A program made the translations under genes and the position numbers. Under the pieces are notes generated by a model. It searched no databases. It saw nothing but the letters and a program-made list of their open reading frames with translations, and was not told where the DNA came from. A stretch of DNA of 40,524 nucleotides from an uncultured Candidatus Saccharibacteria bacterium (lineage in GTDB: Bacteria > Patescibacteriota > Minisyncoccia > UBA6257 > UBA9933): assembly GCA_964367055.1 (NCBI GenBank), contig CAYIWD010000002.1, positions 1-40,524 of the forward strand, given 5' to 3'. Below, piece after piece: positions 34,753 through 40,524 of the stretch (the first letter of the stretch is position 1; the number at the start of each line of letters is the position of its first letter).

Positions 34753-35349
34753 CTAAATTAATTTCTCTAAACTGCCGGTTCTACTAATTTCAAAAATTTC
34801 TACGCAATCAATCAAATCCATTTCACGGATATCGGATAAAAATTCTTTAGGGATCTTTATCTTCCCCATCCAAACGCTTTTCTGAATCATCTTAAAATGT
34901 AAATCCCTCAACGCCGCCCTCAACCAATTTCTTTTTCTTTTTTTAATTTCAGGAATGTCAAAAACAATAATCGTAAATTTATCTCCTGATTCTTTTTTAT
35001 AAAAAGGATTTGGTAATCTATTCTTGTTTTGCTCTCTTAAAGAAAAAAGTTTCTCCTTGCCTTTTTTGGTGATAATAAAAAATTTTTTATCATCCTTTTC
35101 CTTTTCGTCAATTAAACCATTTTTCTTTAAATAATATATAAAATTATAATATTTTTGTTTTTCTTGCCTTTTAAAGTTTTCCTCCACCGATTTTTCACTT
35201 CGTTCTCTCTGCCTTTTTGAAAGTTCATATTCTAATTTTGAAGGAGAAACTCCATAACCAGAGCTGGAAATCACATCAAATAAATCAACAGCATTTGTTA
35301 TTGTATCACCAATAGCTTCTAATATTTTATAAATAAATTCTCCTCTCAT
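34753..35349 (-). CDS. PaaX-like regulator with a Cas2/VapD-like C-terminal fold
   Basis: N-terminal wHTH-like region, with C-terminal FTIIVFDIPEIKKRKRNWLRAALRDLHFKMIQKSVWMGK matching the PaaX_C/Cas2-like pattern (DIPE..R..LR..L...F..LQ.SVW). Confidence 0.6.
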   Translation of the reverse strand: MRGEFIYKILEAIGDTITNAVDLFDVISSSGYGVSPSKLEYELSKRQRERSEKSVEENFKRQEKQKYYNFIYYLKKNGLIDEKEKDDKKFFIITKKGKEKLFSLREQNKNRLPNPFYKKESGDKFTIIVFDIPEIKKRKRNWLRAALRDLHFKMIQKSVWMGKIKIPKEFLSDIREMDLIDCVEIFEISRTGSLEKLI

Positions 35350-35370
35350 ATGTGGTTAAATTAAGTTTTT

Positions 35371-35404
35371 ACTATAATAACATGCGATCGTTAGTTATTA
35401 TAGC
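35371..35404. promoter_or_regulatory. Second, imperfect copy of the 34-bp palindrome core, overlapping the -10 of the PaaX-like gene
   Basis: 30 of 34 positions are identical to 34682-34715, and the right arm CGATCGTTAGTTATTATAGC is identical. GCTATAAT on the minus strand lies ~45 nt before the ATG. Confidence 0.6.
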
Positions 35405-35444
35405 GGGTAACGACATCGATTATAAATAAGAGTGACGCAGGTAA

Positions 35445-36350
35445 TTATTTTCTTCTTCTCCCATGAAACGCCTGATGGACTTCGCGGAGTTCTTTATTGG
35501 TTAAATGAGTATAAACTTGAGTCGTGGCAATACTAGCGTGGCCAAGAAGTTCCTGAACCGAGCGTAAGTCCGCTCCGCCGATTAATAAATCAGTGGCAAA
35601 AAGATGGCGCAACATATGAGGATGAACTTTTTCTGAAATGCCGGCTTTTCGGCTGTAAAAATCAACTAATCGCTGCACTGTTCTGGGGATAATCCGGCCG
35701 ATGACTTTTGGATTTTTTGCCTTACTTAAACTAATAAACAGCGCCTCGTCCGCATCTCCTCTTTTATCCAGATAATTTTTGATGGCTTTTTTTGCCCGTT
35801 CCGAAAGAAAAACTATGCGCAATTTTCCGCCTTTGCCTCGCACCGTGATTTCGCCGCGGTCAATATCAAAATAACGATTTAAGCTACAAAGTTCAGAAAC
35901 TCGCAAGCCAGTAGAAAATAAAACTTCTAAAATCGCCTTGTCTCTTAGGGCTCGCAAATCCGAGCCCTTGGGAGCAATTAGCAATCTTTCCAAATCAGCA
36001 TATTCAATAATTTCAATTTGACGAATAGGAATTTTGGGCAGCTCTATTTTTTCTGGAGACAAAACTTCAAAATCACGTTTGATTAAATATCTTAAAAAAT
36101 TCCGTAAGGCAATAATATAATATGCCTGAGTGGCTTTTTTAAAATTTTCACCTGATGAACTTTTTGCCCTCGCCAAATAAAGTCGGAATTCCCGAACCTT
36201 ATCGCTTGAAATATCTTTTTCGTTTTTAATATCGCCAAATTTAATAAACGCTTCAAGATAATGCCGATAATTTTCTTCTGTTTTAACCGCACGATTTTTT
36301 TCTATTTCCAAATAATTAAGATAATCATCAAGTAATTTTTTAATATCCAT
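35445..36350 (-). CDS. xerC: Tyrosine recombinase, XerC/XerD family
   Basis: N-terminal SAM-like domain (YLNYLEIEKN..T..NY), GLRVSELCSL, HMLRHLFATDLL and LGHASIATTQVYTHL are present. Confidence 0.85.
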   Translation of the reverse strand: MDIKKLLDDYLNYLEIEKNRAVKTEENYRHYLEAFIKFGDIKNEKDISSDKVREFRLYLARAKSSSGENFKKATQAYYIIALRNFLRYLIKRDFEVLSPEKIELPKIPIRQIEIIEYADLERLLIAPKGSDLRALRDKAILEVLFSTGLRVSELCSLNRYFDIDRGEITVRGKGGKLRIVFLSERAKKAIKNYLDKRGDADEALFISLSKAKNPKVIGRIIPRTVQRLVDFYSRKAGISEKVHPHMLRHLFATDLLIGGADLRSVQELLGHASIATTQVYTHLTNKELREVHQAFHGRRRK

Positions 36351-36356
36351 GATTTA

Positions 36357-36384
36357 ATTTTATTCGTATCTGTCGCAAAAGCAA
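36357..36384 (-). promoter_or_regulatory. Putative promoter giving a leaderless xer mRNA
   Basis: On the minus strand: TTGCTT, 16 nt, TAAAAT, 6 nt, then ATG. Confidence 0.4.
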
Positions 36385-36428
36385 GTTTGTTGCAACTTAA
36401 TAAATTAAGTCGCAAAATATATTAAACC

Positions 36429-36457
36429 TTGAAGTCGGTCAAGCTATCGGGTATTAT
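36429..36457 (+). promoter_or_regulatory. Putative promoter giving a leaderless glyA mRNA
   Basis: TTGAAG, 17 nt, TATTAT, 7 nt, then the ATG at 36465. The ORF-track TTG start is the -35 hexamer itself. Confidence 0.5.
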
Positions 36458-36464
36458 CAAGCAA

Positions 36465-37712
36465 ATGGAAGATAAAATCTTGGAAAATTTAATAAAACAA
36501 GAAATCCAACGTCAGCAAGAGACCATAAATTTAATTCCATCAGAGAATATTACCTCCCAGGCGGTTTTAAGGGCATTGGGTTCGCCTTTGGTTGATAAAT
36601 ACTCCGAGGGTTATCCCAATAAACGCTATTACGCTGGCAACAAAATTATTGACCAGATTGAAATTTTAGCTCAAGAAAGAGCGCGGAAATTGTTTCATCT
36701 TAATAGAAACTGGCATATCAATGTTCAGGCATATTCTGGTTCACCCGCTAATATGGCGGTTTATTATGCCTTGCTTCAGCCAAGCGATAAAATTATGGCA
36801 ATGGATTTAATTTCTGGCGGCCACTTGACGCATGGTTCCAAAGTAAATTTTTCCAGCCGATTTTATAAATCAGTCCAATATGGCGTTAAAAGAAACGGCT
36901 ATATTGATTATGATGGAATTCAAAAATTAGCCAAAAAAGAAAAACCAAAAATTATTGTTGCTGGCGCCACTGCTTATCCAAGAATTATTGATTTTAAAAA
37001 ATTTGGTCAGATTGCTAAAGAAGTTAATGCCTATTTTATGGCTGATATCAGTCATATCGCCGGCCTAATTAGCGCTGGGCTTCATCCTTCAGCGTTCCCA
37101 TATGCCGATATTGTAACAACCACCACCCACAAAACGCTTCGCGGACCAAGAGCAGCGATTATCTTTGCTAATCGTAAATCGCTAATCGCGAAACGTAATA
37201 AAATTGACATTGCCTCAGCCATTGACCGAGCAATTTTTCCGGGTCTTCAAGGCGGGCCGCACGACAATCAAACCGCCGCTATTGCTGTTTGCTTAAAAGA
37301 AGCATTAAGCCCATCATTTAAAAAATACAGCCGCCAAATAGTGAAAAACGCCAAGATCTTAGCTTATCAATTACAAAGATTTAATTTTGAACTTATCTCT
37401 AATGGCACAGACAATCATTTAATGTTAATTAATTTGAATAATTTAAATATTTCTGGCCGAGAAGCGCAGGATAAATTGGAGCAAGTCGGCATTATTGTTA
37501 ATTGTAATACCATTCCTTATGAAACTCGTTCCTCTTTTGACCCGTCAGGCATTCGTTTGGGAACGCCAGCTATTACCAGCCGCGGTATGAAAGAAAAGGA
37601 AATGAGAAAAATCGCGGAATTGATTTACCAAACTTTAATTAAAAAAGAAGATCCGAATTTGATTAAAAAAGAAGTTAAAAAATTATGCGGGAGATTTCCG
37701 GCACAGAGATAG
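36465..37712 (+). CDS. glyA: Serine hydroxymethyltransferase
   Basis: INLIPSEN, YSGSPANMAVY and TTTTHKTLRGPR (PLP Lys) are present. Confidence 0.93.
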   Translation: MEDKILENLIKQEIQRQQETINLIPSENITSQAVLRALGSPLVDKYSEGYPNKRYYAGNKIIDQIEILAQERARKLFHLNRNWHINVQAYSGSPANMAVYYALLQPSDKIMAMDLISGGHLTHGSKVNFSSRFYKSVQYGVKRNGYIDYDGIQKLAKKEKPKIIVAGATAYPRIIDFKKFGQIAKEVNAYFMADISHIAGLISAGLHPSAFPYADIVTTTTHKTLRGPRAAIIFANRKSLIAKRNKIDIASAIDRAIFPGLQGGPHDNQTAAIAVCLKEALSPSFKKYSRQIVKNAKILAYQLQRFNFELISNGTDNHLMLINLNNLNISGREAQDKLEQVGIIVNCNTIPYETRSSFDPSGIRLGTPAITSRGMKEKEMRKIAELIYQTLIKKEDPNLIKKEVKKLCGRFPAQR

Positions 37713-38545
37713 CCAAAAAAATCATTGATGAATTGAAGGCAAAACCCAAGCCAGAAAAAATTTTGGCGGTAATTTTGGTCGGTGAAAATCCAGCTTCTAT
37801 TAGTTTCTTAAATCAAAAAGAAAAAATCGCTAAAGAATTAGGAATTGATTTTAGAATTTATAAATTTCCTGAAAGTATTAAAAACGACGATTTGCGCCAA
37901 GAGGCAAATAAAATCGCTTTACTTAAAAAAGTCGGCGGCGTAATTGTTCAACTGCCGCTACCCGAACATCTGAATAAACATTATATTTTAAACGTCATTC
38001 CACGCGAAAAAGATGTTGATGTTTTAGGCGAGCGAGCGCTGGGCGCGTTTTATAATGGCAGAAATTTAGTTTTGCCACCAGCAGTTAACGTAGTTCAAAA
38101 AATTATTGAAAATTGTAAATTGAAAATTGAAAATTTACGCGTGGCTGTAGTCGGCTTAGGTTTTTTAGTAGGCAAGCCAATCGCGACATGGCTCATAGGC
38201 AAAACCAAAGAAATTTATCTTTTAGACGAAGGAAGTGATTTTGGAATTTTAAAACAAGCGGATTTGGTAATTTCTGGCGTTGGTAAAGCCGGCTTAATAA
38301 AGCCAGAAATGTTAAAAGACGGCGCCAGTATAATTGATTTCGGCTACAACATGGAAAATGTGACAAGCGACACGCGACAAAAAAATAGTTTAGTTAAAAA
38401 AATACTGGGTGATTTTGACGTGAGTTCATTATCCATGTCGCCTGTCGCATTAAACTTTTATACCCCGACGCCTAATGGCACTGGCCCCATCTTGGTTGCG
38501 AAGCTATTTGAAAATTTCTACGGGTTGAATAATGAAAAACATTAA
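37685..38545 (+). CDS. folD: Bifunctional methylenetetrahydrofolate dehydrogenase/cyclohydrolase
   Basis: VILVGENPASISF, VQLPLP, REKDVD, VVGLGFLVGKPIA and TPTPNGTGP are present. Confidence 0.88.
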   Translation: MREISGTEIAKKIIDELKAKPKPEKILAVILVGENPASISFLNQKEKIAKELGIDFRIYKFPESIKNDDLRQEANKIALLKKVGGVIVQLPLPEHLNKHYILNVIPREKDVDVLGERALGAFYNGRNLVLPPAVNVVQKIIENCKLKIENLRVAVVGLGFLVGKPIATWLIGKTKEIYLLDEGSDFGILKQADLVISGVGKAGLIKPEMLKDGASIIDFGYNMENVTSDTRQKNSLVKKILGDFDVSSLSMSPVALNFYTPTPNGTGPILVAKLFENFYGLNNEKH

Positions 38546-38570
38546 ATTAGTTTTATCGTTGCTTATCGAA

Positions 38571-38590
38571 CACTATGCTATAGAATAGTA
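38571..38590. promoter_or_regulatory. 20-bp palindromic motif, copy 1 (degenerate)
   Basis: CACTATGCTATAGAATAGTA; 18 of 20 positions match copy 2. Confidence 0.6.
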
Positions 38591-38639
38591 ACAAATAGTA
38601 GATAGGAATTTCACAATTATTACATTAACAAGCCACTGG

Positions 38640-38659
38640 CACTATGCTATAGCATAGTG
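38640..38659. promoter_or_regulatory. 20-bp perfect palindrome, copy 2, 19 nt upstream of the TrpR-like gene
   Basis: CACTATGCTATAGCATAGTG equals its own reverse complement. Confidence 0.7.
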
Positions 38660-38677
38660 ATATGCTAAAATTACTTT

Positions 38678-39085
38678 ATGGATAAAAAAGGATCTACGGC
38701 AGTTCCATCAATTAATGATTATCATTCCCGTGAGGAATGGGAAGTTGCTTGTTGGCGAAAAATATTGGAATCTAAAGAATTATTACCGTTGCTTATTACT
38801 TCTCATGAACGCCGCGATTTAATCGTGCGTGCTGCGACTATGGACGGGCTTAGTTCAGGCAAAACTTATCAGGAAATTGGCAATGAATTATGGGTTTCAC
38901 CCCAAACCATTAGCGTTATTAAAAAAGCCATGGACGAAAAGGCCTATCGTAGTTATTTAGAGCGCAGTTATAAGGAAAGAAAAAAGAAAAAATACAGCTC
39001 AAGCCCGGTGTCAAAAAAGTCAGAAAAGAGACCCCACGGCAAACCGCGTCACACGAAGTACGGAACGATTTATATGCCCTACTAA
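38678..39085 (+). CDS. TrpR-like (YerC/YecD family) HTH protein with a basic tail
   Basis: LLITSHERRDLIVRAATMDGLSSGKTYQEIGNELWVSPQTISVIKK fits the Trp-repressor-like HTH pattern. The C-terminus is K/R-rich. Confidence 0.65.
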   Translation: MDKKGSTAVPSINDYHSREEWEVACWRKILESKELLPLLITSHERRDLIVRAATMDGLSSGKTYQEIGNELWVSPQTISVIKKAMDEKAYRSYLERSYKERKKKKYSSSPVSKKSEKRPHGKPRHTKYGTIYMPY

Positions 39086-39102
39086 ACCGATGAGTAGCTC
39101 GC

Positions 39103-39122
39103 CACTATGCTATAGCATAATG
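39103..39122. promoter_or_regulatory. 20-bp palindromic motif, copy 3, 18 nt downstream of the TrpR-like gene
   Basis: CACTATGCTATAGCATAATG; 19 of 20 positions match copy 2. Confidence 0.6.
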
Positions 39123-39303
39123 CGGAGGGAGTGCACTACGAAAGTAGCAAACGATTAAAAATTAATAGACGAAAATCAATAGATAAAATTAATAAATTAA
39201 TAAAAAATCGTTGCCAAAATTTTTGAGAATTTTTATAAAATAAATTTTGCGGTATAAAAAAAGAGGCCGTTTCCTGATGGATAGGGCGTGCCTCGTAGGC
39301 GCT

Positions 39304-39618
39304 TTACTCCTGGGGGATTTTTCTTTTTGGATATCTTCCGCCATCCAAGAATCTTTGGACGGGCTTGTCAGGCGCAGGAACCTGCATCCCTATTTCTCTC
39401 AAATAGTTTTGCAAATCGCGGATCGTTTCCCGCTGAGCATCTATAGGATAGAAAATGAAGCGACTGATGCTCGGAGGATGTTCGGCTTTTCTGAAAAACG
39501 CGATGGCATCTTCATATGAGCCCATTTGTCTAATCTTTTTCACTATCGCGCGATCCCTTGTTTCTGAACAAGTCAAACCGCTCAGCAAGTGAGCATATTT
39601 ATCGACCGGACTCATCAT
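39304..39618 (-). CDS. Hypothetical 104-aa protein in a GC-rich, SD-bearing islet
   Basis: SD AAGGAGGTG (revcomp of 39626-39634) lies 7 nt before ATGATG. A hairpin GAGGC..GCCTC plus T7 lies downstream on the minus strand (~39255-39290). It is preferred over the antisense ORF 39247-39519, which has no such signals. Confidence 0.55.
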   Translation of the reverse strand: MMSPVDKYAHLLSGLTCSETRDRAIVKKIRQMGSYEDAIAFFRKAEHPPSISRFIFYPIDAQRETIRDLQNYLREIGMQVPAPDKPVQRFLDGGRYPKRKIPQE

Positions 39619-39711
39619 CGTGAACCACCTCCTTTCTCGTGAATTTAAGTAACTAAAAACAGGGTAGTATATTCCAACTGCTTTGTCAATGACGCAAAAA
39701 ATTAATTAATT

Positions 39712-40524
39712 TTAACTCTTTAACGTTTCCAAAACCCCCTTTTTTATTTCTCCCAAAAGTTTTTTATCTTCTTTTAATTTTTCTCGGGACTGCTCTAAAC
39801 CAACGCCGAGTTTTTCGTTCTCAAATGAATAAGTATTGCCGGTTTTTTTAACTACGCCGCTTTTTATTCCTACATTCAAAACATCACCCTCATAAGAAAT
39901 TCCCTCGCCGTACATTATGTCAAATTCCGCTATTTTAAAAGGCGGCGCCACTTTATTTTTTGCCACCTTGGCGCGGGTGCGATTGCCAACCACATCTTCA
40001 CCTTTTTTAATTTGGGCAATGCGCCTTAAATCAATTCTTACAGAAGCGTAAAATTTTAATGCCCGGCCGCCCGGAGTAGTGGTGGGTTCGCCATAACCCA
40101 TCATTCCGATTTTATCGCGAAGTTGATTGATGAAAACAATCAAAGTTTTAGAGCGGTCAGCTAAGGCAGTGATTTTGCGAAGCGCCTGGCTCATCATTCT
40201 GGCTTGTAATCCTATAAATTGCGCACCCATTTCACCCTCAATTTCCGCTCGCGGAGTCAAAGCCGCCACCGAGTCAATAATCACAGCACTGATAATACCA
40301 GAACGAACCAAACCTTCCAAAATATTTAAAGCGTCTTCGCCTGAATCCGGCTGGGAAACTAAAAGGTCTTCAATTTTAACTCCCAATTTTTTGGCATAAT
40401 CAGGGTCCATCGCGTGCTCGGCGTCAATGTAAGCAACTTTTCCACCTTTTTTTTGAACTTCGGCAATAACATGAAGCGCCATTGTACTTTTGCCGCTTGA
40501 TTCCGGACCGAATATCTCAACTAT
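39712..40524 (-). CDS. recA: Recombinase A; N-terminus outside the window
   Basis: The frame stays open to the window end and reads [19 protein letters not shown] (Walker A) upstream of the track start. [18 protein letters not shown] and [12 protein letters not shown] are present. Confidence 0.95.
   Translation of the reverse strand: MVEIFGPESSGKSTMALHVIAEVQKKGGKVAYIDAEHAMDPDYAKKLGVKIEDLLVSQPDSGEDALNILEGLVRSGIISAVIIDSVAALTPRAEIEGEMGAQFIGLQARMMSQALRKITALADRSKTLIVFINQLRDKIGMMGYGEPTTTPGGRALKFYASVRIDLRRIAQIKKGEDVVGNRTRAKVAKNKVAPPFKIAEFDIMYGEGISYEGDVLNVGIKSGVVKKTGNTYSFENEKLGVGLEQSREKLKEDKKLLGEIKKGVLETLKS

Noticed and set aside
34540-36350. Integrative element at tRNA-Leu (tRNA, then small regulator, then tyrosine recombinase)
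   Set aside because: The recombinase has the architecture and motifs of housekeeping XerC/D and shares a divergent promoter with glyA. I could not find a direct repeat of the tRNA 3' end. The idea is kept only as one option within the palindrome-cassette finding.
36351-36464. ZTP (pfl) riboswitch upstream of glyA-folD, and a T-box upstream of trpS (18739-18741)
   Set aside because: The glyA upstream gap is only ~115 nt and is filled by two back-to-back promoters with an apparently leaderless start. trpS starts 3 nt after the rnj stop, leaving no room for a leader.
39247-39519. Plus-strand 90-aa ORF overlapping the minus-strand ORF 39304-39618
   Set aside because: It has no SD, and its start sits in the terminator hairpin of the opposite gene. 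The minus-strand ORF has a perfect SD and a terminator. Confidence in this choice is only moderate.
1-40524. Alternative genetic code (UGA recoding as in some CPR lineages), or a diversity-generating retroelement
   Set aside because: Many well-supported genes end at TGA, including ATGA overlaps, with full-length products, so the standard code fits. No reverse transcriptase, Avd-like gene or template/variable repeat pair was seen.

Overview
The window looks like a compact, AT-rich chromosome segment of a Patescibacteria/CPR-type (Parcubacteria-like) bacterium using the standard code (TGA is a stop). This taxon call is inferred from gene content and style: a split transketolase, LTD-repeat surface proteins, VirB2/TrbC-like mini-pilins, PaaX-like and YerC/TrpR-like regulators, and many 1-4 nt gene overlaps. 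A housekeeping backbone is recognisable from motifs: 2-hydroxyacid dehydrogenase, clpP, H+-pyrophosphatase, nusA, tkt N and C subunits, rpiB, a CapA-like gene, gap, a SpoU methylase, trpS, RNase J, secG, gyrA, a xer recombinase, glyA, folD, recA (3' part only) and two tRNA-Leu genes. Both window edges cut genes: the LTD protein at the left and recA at the right. Between the backbone genes lie accessory or unexplained items. (1) Several short islands have higher GC and strong Shine-Dalgarno sites, while the backbone genes lack SD and several appear leaderless. These islands include a self-contained cassette of tiny ORFs at 3.8-4.8 kb, a single inserted plus-strand gene at 16.8 kb, an SPFH pair at 33-34.4 kb and an orphan gene at 39.3 kb. 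(2) A tandem array of four VirB2/TrbC-like pilin paralogs is fused to an orphan solute-binding protein gene. (3) Short GC-rich palindromic inserts sit in frame inside three genes. (4) Two small regulator genes are each bracketed by long perfect palindromes that contain -10-like boxes. (5) A 334-bp divergent intergenic region at the main strand-switch point carries two perfect inverted DnaA boxes and is a candidate oriC. (6) There is a HicAB pair and a nucleotidyltransferase TA-like pair. No CRISPR array, rRNA, transposase or reverse transcriptase was seen. All family assignments rest on motif recognition by eye and need HMM or BLAST confirmation.
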